Shown here piece by piece: positions 1-10,245 of a stretch of DNA of 64,000 nucleotides. The position numbers were made by a program, and so were the translations under genes. The notes under the pieces are model-generated. The model was given only the letters and a program-made list of their open reading frames with translations, searched no databases and had not been told where the DNA came from. Source of the DNA: Pseudomonadota bacterium. Its GTDB lineage: Bacteria; Pseudomonadota; Gammaproteobacteria; Ga0077536. The stretch lies in contig JAYYZW010000039.1 in the NCBI GenBank assembly GCA_036339995.1, forward strand, positions 35,852 to 99,851. The letters are read 5' to 3'. The stretch's first letter is position 1; every line of letters starts with the position of its first letter.

Positions 1-801
1 GAGCCCGCGGCTGGTCACGAGGATGACGGTTGAACCCATATTGAAGCGCCCGAATTCGGAGCCGCCGGCGGCCAGGTCCGCATCGAGCTCGTGGGTCTCT
101 TGGGGCGGGTAATTGGGCTGTGGACGATTCGCGAAATGGGTCGGCGCAGGCAAGGTGAGCTCGATGCTGCCGACGTTGAGAGCGCCCACCATGATCAAAG
201 CAAAACTACCGCCGGGCGTATCGTAGACAACCGCAACGCGTTCATTTCGGCTAAACAGGCGGCGAACTTTTTGCGTCGTGACGTGATCGACGGAGAATAG
301 AGTCCCGGGGACATAACGCAAAAATCGCGCACGTCCTGGCAACGGCAAGTGCACGCGATGATAGTTGCGTGGCGCGAGATAAATAGTGACAAAGCTGCCG
401 TTTTCGAATCGGCTGGCGAGGTCGTCGTCGCCGTCGAAAAGGTCCATCAGCTTATAGTCGATGCCCTTCGCCTGGATGATGCAGGTTCCATCGATCGTGC
501 CGATTTGACTGACGATTCCGTCGGCAGGACTCACGATCGCCGCCCCCTCATCGGCCAGCGGCCGGGCGCCGGGCGCCAGTGCACGGGTGAAAAAAGCGTT
601 GAAACTCGAATAGCTCCGAACATCGGTCTCTGCGGCTTCGCCCATTTCGACGTCGTAGGCCTTGACGAAGATGCGGATGGCCAGGTGTGTGATCCAGGAC
701 AGCCGGAGCCGCGAAAGTGTACCCGTGAGCCTCGAGATCGCATGTTTTGGAATAACGTACTGTACGAGTACGAATAGACGGGAAACAAACGCAAAAATCA
801 T
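1..801 (-). CDS. psd: phosphatidylserine decarboxylase proenzyme (C-terminus runs off window edge)
   Basis: Own translation of minus strand: N-term MIFAFVSRLFVLVQYVIPKHAISRLTG (start ATG at 801..799), internal HRVHLPLPG...LFSVDHVTTQKV...NERVAVVYDTP and pyruvoyl-site motif FGRFNMGSTVIL (LGST-type); no stop before position 1. Not in ORF track because it is edge-truncated. Confidence 0.8.
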   Translation of the reverse strand, partial: MIFAFVSRLFVLVQYVIPKHAISRLTGTLSRLRLSWITHLAIRIFVKAYDVEMGEAAETDVRSYSSFNAFFTRALAPGARPLADEGAAIVSPADGIVSQIGTIDGTCIIQAKGIDYKLMDLFDGDDDLASRFENGSFVTIYLAPRNYHRVHLPLPGRARFLRYVPGTLFSVDHVTTQKVRRLFSRNERVAVVYDTPGGSFALIMVGALNVGSIELTLPAPTHFANRPQPNYPPQETHELDADLAAGGSEFGRFNMGSTVILVTSRGL

Positions 802-825
802 ACGGAACGTTCGTATATTAACCGC

Positions 826-1260
826 TCATTCGGGCGCGTTTCTGCGAACGGGCAGAGAAGCGGTCAGTGAAGAGTCTGGGCCACAGTCGAAAGTGACCTC
901 GATTAACACGTTCTCTCCCAATGGCGTCTCCGGACCGCTCAACATGATGTGGCGCCCCCCGGGTTTGGCTCGAAATCTCGAACCCGGCGCGAGATCGATG
1001 CCATCAAGAAGGCGCATGCGGGCCTGCCCTTCGGAATGCAGCGTCTCGTGCAGCATCGCCGAGGTAAAATCCGGACTGCGAATACCTGTTATGCGCAGCG
1101 GTGTCGTTCCGATATTGCTCAGCACGACGTACGCGGCGGCATGCCTACTTCCCGGCGGCGGTTGACGTACCCAGCCTTCCTCTGCCACGAGTCCTTCGCA
1201 AGCGGCGAGCTTTCCCGAAGCTGCCGTGAGAAGGACGGCCATAATCAACAGTCGGTTCAC
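826..1260 (-). CDS. periplasmic copper chaperone PCu(A)C (DUF461)
   Basis: 144 aa, signal peptide MNRLLIMAVLLTAASG, Met/His-rich motif (SAMLHETLH...HIM) typical of PCuAC; adjacent to SCO1. Confidence 0.75.
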   Translation of the reverse strand: MNRLLIMAVLLTAASGKLAACEGLVAEEGWVRQPPPGSRHAAAYVVLSNIGTTPLRITGIRSPDFTSAMLHETLHSEGQARMRLLDGIDLAPGSRFRAKPGGRHIMLSGPETPLGENVLIEVTFDCGPDSSLTASLPVRRNAPE

Positions 1261-1904
1261 AAGCTTGATTCGATATAGGCGCTGATTTCGTCGAATCGGC
1301 GTACGATTGCAGGCGTCGAATGGGGCGGCGTCACGACGCTGACAATTCTGAGGTCCGGATCAATCAGAAAAATTCCCGCGGAATGATCGACGCTATAGTC
1401 ATCACCGCCGTGAGGAACTTTCATGAAAAAAACGCCAAGTTCACGCGTAAACTCCTCGACCTCCTCGACGGCGGCGGTTACGCCGATAAAGTCCTTGTGA
1501 AAATAGTGTACGTACGCACGCAAGGTTTCGGGCGAGTCGCGATCGGGATCGACCGAAACAAAAACGACTTGGCCGACGGCGCGGTAACGGTCGTGTGTCT
1601 TGAGATTGTCATGAGCACGGGCGAGCAGTTCCAGGGTGGTGGGGCAGATATCCGGGCAGCTGGTGAAACCGAAAAACAAGAATGTCCATTTACCGCGCAG
1701 GCGATCGAGAGTAAAAGGGGCGCTGTCGTGATCGATCAGGTGAACTGGGCCGACTATCGGCGGGTCGGGCCATAATAAGCCTTCGACCATGGCCGCATCC
1801 CCTTGTTGCGTCTGCAGGTAAGAGAGCGCGACGCCCGCTCCGAACGCGATGACGATGAGCGTGCTGGCGATCAATCCGGGCGTCGGTCGGAAAGGTTTTG
1901 GCAT
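1257..1904 (-). CDS. SCO1/SenC family copper chaperone (thioredoxin fold)
   Basis: 215 aa with N-terminal TM segment and the CxxxC SCO motif FGFTSCPDICPTT; 4-nt overlap with downstream PCuAC. Confidence 0.85.
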   Translation of the reverse strand: MPKPFRPTPGLIASTLIVIAFGAGVALSYLQTQQGDAAMVEGLLWPDPPIVGPVHLIDHDSAPFTLDRLRGKWTFLFFGFTSCPDICPTTLELLARAHDNLKTHDRYRAVGQVVFVSVDPDRDSPETLRAYVHYFHKDFIGVTAAVEEVEEFTRELGVFFMKVPHGGDDYSVDHSAGIFLIDPDLRIVSVVTPPHSTPAIVRRFDEISAYIESSL

Positions 1905-1964
1905 GTGCCGATTATATCCGGCGCTGAAATCTTTGTGGATGTCCCGCCGGCATTCATCAACCCG

Positions 1965-3581
1965 TTAGGGCCGTCGGCTGTCGATGTAGTGTCGGAGCAA
2001 AGCCGCGGTCGAGGCATCATGGCGAGCGTCGACGCGACCGCTGGAAATCTCCTGGAGAATTTCGGTGGCCAGGTCCTTACCGGTTTCGACGCCCCACTGG
2101 TCGAAGGCGTTGATATTCCAAATGACGCTTTGTACGTAGGTTTTGTGTTCATACAGAGCGATCAGGGCGCCGAGCGTTCGCGGTGTCAGGGCGTGCATGG
2201 TGATCATGTTGCTGGGTTTGTTCCCGGGAATCGATTTGTGCAGTGGTTTGTCAATCCCCTGCGGCGCGGGTTCCTCTGAAGAAACTGCCGAGCGGCCAGT
2301 CATGAGCCCCGCCGCCTGGGCGAAGCAATTGGCTACCAGCATGTCCTGGTGTTGGAAACGTCTGGAAGGGTGCGTCATGGCGACGATGAAATCGAGCGGT
2401 ACGAAACGCGTTCCCTGATGGAGCAGTTGGAAGAAAGCGTGCTGTGCGTTGGTCCCCAGTCCGCCCCAGGTGACAGGAGCACTACCGGTTTCGATGACCT
2501 CATTGGATAGGGTCACGCGCTTTCCGTTGCTCTCCATCTCAAGCTGCTGCAGGTAGTCCGGCAGGTGTCTCAGGCGATCGTCGTACGGCACGACCGCGTA
2601 CGATTCCGCGCCAAGGAAATTATTGTTCCAAATCCCGATCAGCCCGAGCATAACTGGAAGGTTCTCCGCGAACGGTGACTGCAGGAAATGCCGGTCCATT
2701 TCCGCGGCGCCGGCGAGCATCGCCTTGAAATCATCCATACCCACGGTCAGCGCAATGGGCAGACCGGTCGCCGACCACATCGAGTATCGTCCCCCGACCC
2801 AATCCCACATCGGAAACACGTTTCCGGCATCGATTCCAAATTCAATGGCGCGTTCGGGGTTTGCGCTCACCGCGACGAAGTGTCGGGCCATCGCCCTTTT
2901 TTGCGGAAATCGCTCGGCGAGCCAGGCCCGTGCAGAAGTTGCATTTAAGCGTGTTTCGACAGTCGTGAACGATTTCGACGCAACGATGAACAGGGTCGAT
3001 TTGGGATCCAGCGGGGCCACGATGCGGTCGAATTCTCCGCCGTCAACATTGGCCAGGAAATGCGGACGCGGAACGGCGGAGCTGTTGTAGCGTAATGCTT
3101 CGCAGGCGAGCTGGGGGCCGAGATGCGATCCGCCGATGCCGATATTCACGACATCGGTAATGCGTTCTCCGCTGTAACCCGTCCAGCGTCCGTCACGTAC
3201 GACGTCGACGAATTCATGCATTTTTGTGAGGACCGCCTCGATTTCCGGTGCAACCCGTTCGCCCGCAACCGACGCTACACAATCCGGTCCGGCCCGAAGC
3301 GCGGTATGAAGGACGGCGCGTTCTTCGGTGCGGTTGATGATCCCACCTTCGAACATCGTCTGAATGGCTCCGTTCAAGCCGGCCGCAGTCGCCAGGTCGG
3401 CGAGTCTCTCCTGCGTTCCCGGGTCAAGGAGGTTCTTCGAGAAGTCGATCGACAAGCCGGCTGCGCCGAGGGTCATTCTGCTGGCGCGGCCAGGTTCCCG
3501 CTCGAACAAATCCGTCAATCGCGCCGGGGGTTCCGCCCGCTTTTGCAGATCGTTCCAAATGGAGCGGACTTTATCATTCAT
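1965..3581 (-). CDS. pgi: glucose-6-phosphate isomerase
   Basis: 538 aa; full-length match to PGI family (IGIGGSHLGP, VPLDFIVAMTH...motifs). Confidence 0.95.
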   Translation of the reverse strand: MNDKVRSIWNDLQKRAEPPARLTDLFEREPGRASRMTLGAAGLSIDFSKNLLDPGTQERLADLATAAGLNGAIQTMFEGGIINRTEERAVLHTALRAGPDCVASVAGERVAPEIEAVLTKMHEFVDVVRDGRWTGYSGERITDVVNIGIGGSHLGPQLACEALRYNSSAVPRPHFLANVDGGEFDRIVAPLDPKSTLFIVASKSFTTVETRLNATSARAWLAERFPQKRAMARHFVAVSANPERAIEFGIDAGNVFPMWDWVGGRYSMWSATGLPIALTVGMDDFKAMLAGAAEMDRHFLQSPFAENLPVMLGLIGIWNNNFLGAESYAVVPYDDRLRHLPDYLQQLEMESNGKRVTLSNEVIETGSAPVTWGGLGTNAQHAFFQLLHQGTRFVPLDFIVAMTHPSRRFQHQDMLVANCFAQAAGLMTGRSAVSSEEPAPQGIDKPLHKSIPGNKPSNMITMHALTPRTLGALIALYEHKTYVQSVIWNINAFDQWGVETGKDLATEILQEISSGRVDARHDASTAALLRHYIDSRRP

Positions 3582-4076
3582 GTCTAGTGTCCTGTCCCAT
3601 GAAAACTTTCATAATTCGCTGGTCTTTTTTGCCTCCAGCCGCGCTCCTCCTTGTGTAAAGTCCGCTACACGGCGTCGTCGCGCGTTGCCAGCAACAATAA
3701 ATTCGGCGCGGCTTACGCAACTTTTCACGGGACAGCACACTAGGACCGATCTCAAAATTCTACGGGACTATGGCCATCTTGGAGCGGGCGCGCCGTCTTC
3801 GCTGTTCGATGCCTATCTTAGCGCGCCGCGGCATCGCCGCGGCGAACCGGGTTTGTTTTTGGATTAACCGGTTCCAAAGTGCGCCGGTTCAAGGTGCGAA
3901 AGCAGGGCCGCATCGTTCACGCTTTTCATGGGCGCCGGGTGTGTCTGTAATATCTTAGGCTGCTGTTATGAATTACTATGTCGACTGCTGCGGTATAGAA
4001 CCGCTACGGGTACAACCCGGTTGCAAACCCCGCCGCGAGCGCTTGGCCTTCGACCGAAGCGAAAAGAATATCAAAT

Positions 4077-4311
4077 GAGCTCAGTAGTTCCAGAAAATCT
4101 GGGAAAATGCAACGTCATTTCCGAAATTGACCGCGGCAGCATGGGGAATGTCTACCTCGGCCACGACCCCTATATTGACCGCCAGGTCGCGATTAAGGTC
4201 GCGCACCCCGAACAGCTCAATGACGAAGAAGGCGGTGATCGGTTTCGCAAGATGTTCTTCAATGGGCCTTCCAATATAGGCTCCAATTGTTTAGCAAAAT
4301 CCAGTATTTGA
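4077..4311 (+). pseudogene. N-terminal fragment (about 78 aa) of a Hanks-type Ser/Thr protein kinase, truncated after subdomain II
   Basis: MSSVVPENLGKCNVISEIDRGSMGNVYLGHDPYIDRQVAIKV = kinase Gly-rich loop (GxGxxGxV) plus VAIK lysine; reading frame ends shortly after in AT-rich sequence with no kinase catalytic/activation loops downstream in any frame. Confidence 0.35.
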
Positions 4312-4449
4312 TAGCGGTCGTCACGCAAGAAACTTAAGTGAAATATTGCGTTGCAATATCCCGTCAATAGACTGCAAGGCGACGTCTTCTCGGTAGGTCT
4401 ATCGCGGCGACAGAGCAGTGTCGCGGATTTAATCCCGCGGCGGCTGACT

Positions 4450-5727
4450 TCAAGTCGGTTTGTCTTCGCTAGCCGCCCAGGCTTCGGCCATTAATCCGTT
4501 CGATGGCAGCCGTTCGTCGACGAGCTTCTTCGCGGTCTCTATGCCCGCGACGGGCAGTCCGCTCGGGTCGAGTTTGCCGATTTGCACGAGAACCGACGCC
4601 TGGTCCCAGTAAATGTGCTCGTGATAGAGCTTGTCTCCGCGGAAATTGACGATCGCAACTAGCGGTATCTCGACGTATTTCCCCGTCGGTTCGATGCCCG
4701 GCAGCATCCACGGGATCTCGCGGGTATGGGTAAAGCAGAAAATCATTTCATCAACCAGTCGATCCGCGCCCACCGTGCGCGATACAGGGATCAAGCGCGT
4801 ATCTTCGGGATTTGAATTCACGAAGTGATGCGTATAGAACCGCTTCAGGTGATCGAAACCGACGCCGCCGGTCATAGTCGGTACGTGGTTGACATACGGT
4901 TCGTCGACCATGGTCGCCATGGTGCGATCGACGTCGCGCGCGGCGAATTCGTATTCAGTGTGTTTTTCCCATAGAGCCGAAAGGTCGTAGATCGGACCCA
5001 TTTCCTTACGTAGCGCCGCGAGCGTACGGGAATACGCCATCATCGCGGCGGGTTTGTCGTAGCTGTCTCTGAGCGGATTTGCGAACGCGTGACCGCAGGC
5101 CGGATAGGAATAAGTGCGCAGCTGCGGGAGGTCCGCGGCCGCTGATTGAATCGCGCTCTGGGCTTTAGCCGGCACTTTGGAGTCTGACTCGGCGAGGTGC
5201 AGCACGCAGGGCCGTTCTATCGCGTTGGTTTCCTGCAGATATTCCTCGATCCCGACGCCGTAGTAACTGACTGCGCAGTCGATATCGAGCCGTGCCGCGC
5301 TTAAATAGGCCAACAATCCGCCCAGGCAATAACCGACACAAGCGATCTTTCCGACCTGGGCGTCGTGCTGTCGCAAGGCTTCGATAGCGTCGCCGATATC
5401 GATGACGGCCTGATTGACGTCGAACCGAGCGCGCAGGTCCAAGGCCTTCTCGACGCCGGACGCGTTGTAGCCGAGATCAGTGCCCGGCTCGATACGCCAG
5501 AAAAGGTCGGGGATGATACAGACATAACCCTCTTCCGCGAAACGATCGGCGGTCGCGCGCATGAAGGCATTGATCCCGAAGATCTCCTGGAGCAGGACGA
5601 GCCCGGGGCCGCTGCCGTTTGCCGGCGCCGCCAGGTAGCAGTTGAAGCGGCCGCCGTCTTGCGATTGGACTTCGATGAAGGAATTGTTCACTGCCTGTTT
5701 CTCCGCTTGATCTTCTGTAATCCGCAA
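4450..5727 (-). CDS. dienelactone hydrolase-family protein fused to C-terminal SnoaL/NTF2-like domain
   Basis: 425 aa; N-terminal DLH fold (GYCLGG nucleophile elbow), C-terminal about 150 aa resembling SnoaL-like ester cyclase/ketosteroid isomerase fold. Confidence 0.7.
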   Translation of the reverse strand: MRITEDQAEKQAVNNSFIEVQSQDGGRFNCYLAAPANGSGPGLVLLQEIFGINAFMRATADRFAEEGYVCIIPDLFWRIEPGTDLGYNASGVEKALDLRARFDVNQAVIDIGDAIEALRQHDAQVGKIACVGYCLGGLLAYLSAARLDIDCAVSYYGVGIEEYLQETNAIERPCVLHLAESDSKVPAKAQSAIQSAAADLPQLRTYSYPACGHAFANPLRDSYDKPAAMMAYSRTLAALRKEMGPIYDLSALWEKHTEYEFAARDVDRTMATMVDEPYVNHVPTMTGGVGFDHLKRFYTHHFVNSNPEDTRLIPVSRTVGADRLVDEMIFCFTHTREIPWMLPGIEPTGKYVEIPLVAIVNFRGDKLYHEHIYWDQASVLVQIGKLDPSGLPVAGIETAKKLVDERLPSNGLMAEAWAASEDKPT

Positions 5728-6564
5728 TCACCAACTGTAGCGATATCCGAAATCGTCACAAAGGTATCGAGCCAGAGTGGTATCGAAAAACAGCCTGTCG
5801 TCGGTGCTGAACCATGTGTCGGGTGCTTGGTGGCTGTCGCGCACGATATTTCGAATGGGGTCGTCCGGATTCAACCTGTCAGCCATTTTTTCCTTACTCG
5901 ATTCGGCGACCGCATACTCGATATGATCATGGGCGATCACGATGCCGAAATGGGTAAACATCTGCTCGATCGATATGGCGGGATCTTCACTTAATCGCTC
6001 GTACTTTAATATGAGCGTTTCATGTGGAAAACGCTTGCGCACGCGGGACCACCGGTTGAGAAAGTGCAAACACCACCAGATATCCATGATGTAACGTTTT
6101 CCGGACGGGTCGCCTCGCAAATATTCGGAAAACGATACGCCGTAACAAAGCTTCCATTTTTCGTAGTTCGAAACCAAGGCCCCGCGAATGTCACGCACCA
6201 ACAGCCCGTAATGTGGAAATTTCGCTAATCTGCGCAGCACTCGCGAGTCGAACAGGGCGTGTGGAATCGAGTGGGTGCTTGCGATCCGCGGCGCCTTGAG
6301 GTGCCTACGCTCGTGTTTCGGGTGTCCGATGAAATCGTTGCTCGAATCGTTGTGTATGTAGTGCGGTGGCGGGAGATCGAGCTGACTCGCGATCGCGACG
6401 CTCATCATGTATTTGAGCCAATGCGTGCCCGAATGCTGCATCGTGACAAGAAAACCGTCGAAATCTCGATACTTGAGTAGTGCGAAATTCGATACGTCGC
6501 GGCGCCAGCAATGCCAGTGGAACCGCGAACCCATGCCGGTATCTACGAACGTTTCGCGCATCAT
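5728..6564 (-). CDS. sulfotransferase-family protein (putative)
   Basis: 278 aa; 5'-PSB-like motif QHSGTHWLKYMM (cf. PKSGTTW) and 3'-PB-like RDIRGALVS (RDxRxxxxS). Confidence 0.5.
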   Translation of the reverse strand: MMRETFVDTGMGSRFHWHCWRRDVSNFALLKYRDFDGFLVTMQHSGTHWLKYMMSVAIASQLDLPPPHYIHNDSSNDFIGHPKHERRHLKAPRIASTHSIPHALFDSRVLRRLAKFPHYGLLVRDIRGALVSNYEKWKLCYGVSFSEYLRGDPSGKRYIMDIWWCLHFLNRWSRVRKRFPHETLILKYERLSEDPAISIEQMFTHFGIVIAHDHIEYAVAESSKEKMADRLNPDDPIRNIVRDSHQAPDTWFSTDDRLFFDTTLARYLCDDFGYRYSW

Positions 6565-6691
6565 CGCGGGCCGTATACGTACTTGGCGGCGCTAATTCGG
6601 ATGGCCGTCCTGTGCCGGCCCTATCCCGCCGGCCGGCGCAAGACGATAAACGGTGCTACGCCTCAATCCGGCATCCCGCCCTTACCTTTTC

Positions 6692-7321
6692 TCAGGCCGA
6701 GGCACTTGCCCGTGAACCGACGGCCTTTAGCCACCGGCTGACATTGGGGCAGTCGTCTGGGACTGGCAGTCCGGCGGCATTGGCGAAATCCACGGCACAT
6801 TGGGCCGTAATATCCGCGGCCGTATACCGATCGGAACCTACGTACTCCGATTCACCGAGGCGCTTTTCGAGCTGCTGGTAAAACCAAGCCGTCCGTTTTT
6901 TGCCGCGTTCGACGAGCTCCGGTATCAGTGCGATGCCCGAAAAGCCTGGCATGGCGCGGTCCTTGAGCACGTCCATCTGGTTGCGAAAGAACTCACCGAT
7001 CGCGGCCATGCCCTGCATTTCCGCAAACCGCTCCCAAGCTTCGATCTGCGCCGATTCGAGCGGGTCATTACCCAACAGGTTCGGTTCCGGATGCTGATTT
7101 TCCAGGTAGCGAAAGATGCAGGGTGCTTCCGTAATGACAGAGCCGTCATCAAGCTCCAATGCCGGCAGCATGCCCCAGGGATTTACCTTGAGGTAATCTT
7201 CCTTAAGATTTTCTCCTTCGAGAATGTTGATCTCCTTTTTAGGTATATCGAGGCCTTTTTCGGCGATGAAGATCCGTGCACGCCGGGGATTGGGTGCCAT
7301 TTGGCAGTCATAGAGTCTCAA
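6692..7321 (-). CDS. glutathione S-transferase
   Basis: 209 aa; GST N-terminal thioredoxin-like domain (MRLYDCQMAPNPRRARIF...) plus helical C-domain. Confidence 0.85.
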   Translation of the reverse strand: MRLYDCQMAPNPRRARIFIAEKGLDIPKKEINILEGENLKEDYLKVNPWGMLPALELDDGSVITEAPCIFRYLENQHPEPNLLGNDPLESAQIEAWERFAEMQGMAAIGEFFRNQMDVLKDRAMPGFSGIALIPELVERGKKRTAWFYQQLEKRLGESEYVGSDRYTAADITAQCAVDFANAAGLPVPDDCPNVSRWLKAVGSRASASA

Positions 7322-7669
7322 TTTAATCTGCTCCTTCCATTTTGTTTTAGAACTACGCCTTTCTTAAGCGAACTGTGTACTGGGCGCGTTCGCGCAATCC
7401 GCTGCAGGCGTCCCGTTCACGAGTTAAAGTATTCAACAGCATCGGGACTATCAGCCGACGATTTGAACGCGGTCACCTGTCGTCGATCCGTTGTACGCAT
7501 TTTCCCGAAAGACATCCGAAATAGCTTCGAATGTCATTCCTAGTAGTTCGTATTATCTCCGGATTCGACTCGGAAGTGTCCAGGCATCCACGCGTTAGAT
7601 GGCGACGAATTCCCCGACGCCTCACGGACGCATCCCAGTCTGTGAAAAGCCGGCTTTGGAGCGTCGTAT

Positions 7670-8476
7670 TCAGGCGAATATTTTCGCCAATGTCATTTTT
7701 TCGCGGTACGGCCCAAGATCCTCTGCGAAAGTCGGCTCAGCCATCAGCTTCTCATAGTGTTCGAATGCGCGGGGATAAGCCTCGCGCGAGGTTTGGCCTA
7801 TGATCGGCCGGCGTCCAACCGCTTCGAGCCGGGCGTGTTCGTGGCGTTCGAGTGCGAACAATGTCAATTCACATGCGAAGCAGATATCCGCAAGCGTCAT
7901 CGTGTTTCCGGCAATGAATACCGACGATGTCCCGCGGACTGTGTCGATGCCTCCCATGTAAGCTTCGAAAGCAGCGGTCATCTCGTCGTGTGCGCCCGCG
8001 AGCGAGCCCTTGCCGCGGAGCGCGAAGAGGTAGCGCTGGCTTTCGAGCGCGAAAACCAGGCTCGAATCGAGGAATGCGTCGACTCGGGTTGTTGAGTAGG
8101 GATCGTCTCCGTAAAGCTGCAGCCGCGCTTCGCCGAGGCGGGCAACGGCGCGCATAATGCTGTTCGACTCGAAAATTCCGATTCGTCCGCTGGGGTCGAA
8201 AGCGGCTGGTACCGTGCCAAACGGGTGTGCCTGCAAAAAGTCGTTGGTCTTGTGTATCTCACCGGTAAATCCCTTGCGCGCGGTACGCACGGTCGATTGA
8301 TCCGCACGGTCGGCATCGTTCAAGGGGTGAGCGTCGAAATCCCACAACCACTCGGCGAGTTCAGATGGTTTCGCGCCGCGGATTTCGAGGCTTACGCCAT
8401 TCAGGCGAGCGGTAATGGTCGCCTTGAAGAGGCGCGGATTCGGCAGGTAGGAGAAAATTCTGAGAGCGCTCACCTG
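7670..8476 (-). CDS. glutathione S-transferase-like protein (start uncertain, probably GTG around 8476)
   Basis: GST N-domain signature LRIFSYLPNPRLFKATITARLNGV begins about 60 codons inside the 328-aa ATG-ORF (7670..8656); upstream 60 aa are low-complexity, so a later GTG start is more likely. Confidence 0.6.
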   Translation of the reverse strand, partial: QVSALRIFSYLPNPRLFKATITARLNGVSLEIRGAKPSELAEWLWDFDAHPLNDADRADQSTVRTARKGFTGEIHKTNDFLQAHPFGTVPAAFDPSGRIGIFESNSIMRAVARLGEARLQLYGDDPYSTTRVDAFLDSSLVFALESQRYLFALRGKGSLAGAHDEMTAAFEAYMGGIDTVRGTSSVFIAGNTMTLADICFACELTLFALERHEHARLEAVGRRPIIGQTSREAYPRAFEHYEKLMAEPTFAEDLGPYREKMTLAKIFA

Positions 8477-8896
8477 TAGGAGTCTAATTGGAATCCGCGA
8501 TTTGCGTAATGAACCGGACGTGGAGGTCGATGACGGCGGTAGGATAGGCCACGCGGATGAGTATGTCCGCCAGTACTGCTTACTGGCCTGCAGCTGCCCT
8601 CGACCCGGGTTAGCGTCCGGACGCAGGCCTAATACCAAGGGATTTGCCTGCCTCAACAGCTATAGCAATACTTGCGAGGCCGCGCTGCGGGGCAGGTGCT
8701 GTGATATTTGTTGTTGCAGCCGATTGATTACCGCCGACATACCTGATTTGATTGACTTTGGCGTTTGGTATTGGTCGGTCGAAGCCGGCGAGCCGGCGCG
8801 GAACTCGATTTCCGGGCCGTTGTTACAAAAACCCACGGTAGTCACGCCGCCGATCTGAATCCGTACACGGCATTAAACCGCCGTCAGGAGGAAAGC

Positions 8897-10204
8897 ATGA
8901 GCACGATCCTGTTCAGTAACGTGAATGTATTGGAAGGCGAGTCGTCCGCGCTCGTGCCTGGCGAGGTCCTGGTCGAGGGCAATCGAATCAAGACGGTCGC
9001 GCTCGAAGGCGAGAGCATTGCCCGCGACGGCGTGTCCGAAGTCATCGACGGCGGCGGCGCCTGTCTGATGCCCGGCATGATCAATCCGCACTGCCATTTC
9101 ACCTACAGTAACGCCACGAGTCTGGCGGATATCAACGCACTGCCGGTCGAGGAACACATGCTGGTCACGATGCGTAATGCGAAAACCTATCTCGATTGCG
9201 GCTTCACGGCGGCTATCGGCATGGCTTCGGCAAAACCACGGCTCGAAATCGCGGCTCGCGACGCGATCGACAAAGGCGAATTTCCGGGGCCGCGTATACG
9301 TGCGTGCACGCCGGAATACACGGTCAGCGGCGGTGTCGGCGATGATTCGAAGCTCGACCGGTACGTGCCTTCGATCGGGTTGGTGTGCAACGGCGCTGAC
9401 GAATTCCGCAAATCGATCCGAGAATTGATTCGGGAAGGCGTCGATATCGTCAAGTTCAATAACTCCGGCGACAGCTTCACCCTCGGCCGTCTTCCGGGAT
9501 ACGTCAATCCGATGACCACCGACGAGGTCAAGGCCATCTGCGAGACGACCTTGAATCTGGGTAAACGCGTTGCTGCCCACGCCCATACCGACAGTGGCGT
9601 TCTGCAGTGCATCCGCTATGGCGTCGAGTTCATCAATCATGCAACTTTTGCGACAGACGCAACGATCGAGGAACTGGCCAAATACGCCGACAAGCACTGG
9701 GTGACGCCCGCCATCGCGGCCCGCTACAACACGACTTATGAAGCCGGCGATTGGGGCATTACGACCGAGATCGCCGAGGCGATGGGTAATAAGCGCGAAC
9801 TCGAGGCAGGCTGCGAGAATATGCAGAAGATGCACAAGGCAGGCATCAAGGTTCTGCCTTTCGGTGATTATGGTTTTGCCTGGCTGCCGATCGGTACCGA
9901 TGCGCGGGATCTCGAGCACATGGTGAATCTGTTCGGCATGCAACCTTTCGAGGCACTGCGCGCCGCGACTGCCTATGGCGGCGAAGCCTGGGCCGGTGCC
10001 GGCGGTGAGCTGATAGGCCGCGTCAAGGTAGCTTATCTGGCGGATCTGATCATCGTCGACGGCGATCCGCTCGCCGACGTATCGATCCTGCAGGACATCG
10101 CCCGTATTACCGCGGTGATGAAGGACGGACGATTCCATCGACGCCCGGCGCCGGGTGAGCCCTTCGCCACATTCGGCGAGGCGCGCAAGCAATCGGCTGC
10201 CTGA
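8897..10204 (+). CDS. amidohydrolase-family metal-dependent hydrolase
   Basis: Start at MSTILFSNVNVL preceded by AGGAGGA RBS (8883..8889); HxH metal motif MINPHCHF, D-loop near C-terminus; first gene of operon with hyuA/hyuB. Confidence 0.8.
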   Translation: MSTILFSNVNVLEGESSALVPGEVLVEGNRIKTVALEGESIARDGVSEVIDGGGACLMPGMINPHCHFTYSNATSLADINALPVEEHMLVTMRNAKTYLDCGFTAAIGMASAKPRLEIAARDAIDKGEFPGPRIRACTPEYTVSGGVGDDSKLDRYVPSIGLVCNGADEFRKSIRELIREGVDIVKFNNSGDSFTLGRLPGYVNPMTTDEVKAICETTLNLGKRVAAHAHTDSGVLQCIRYGVEFINHATFATDATIEELAKYADKHWVTPAIAARYNTTYEAGDWGITTEIAEAMGNKRELEAGCENMQKMHKAGIKVLPFGDYGFAWLPIGTDARDLEHMVNLFGMQPFEALRAATAYGGEAWAGAGGELIGRVKVAYLADLIIVDGDPLADVSILQDIARITAVMKDGRFHRRPAPGEPFATFGEARKQSAA

Positions 10205-10245
10205 ATCCGGATTTCTGTCTCCGCGGTAAGTAAAGAGGAACGGTC

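Noticed and set aside
8873..10192. 439-aa minus-strand ORF antisense to the amidohydrolase gene
   Set aside because: Typical high-GC antisense shadow ORF; Arg/Ala/Gly-rich low-complexity translation, no motifs; the plus-strand gene has RBS and clear family signature.
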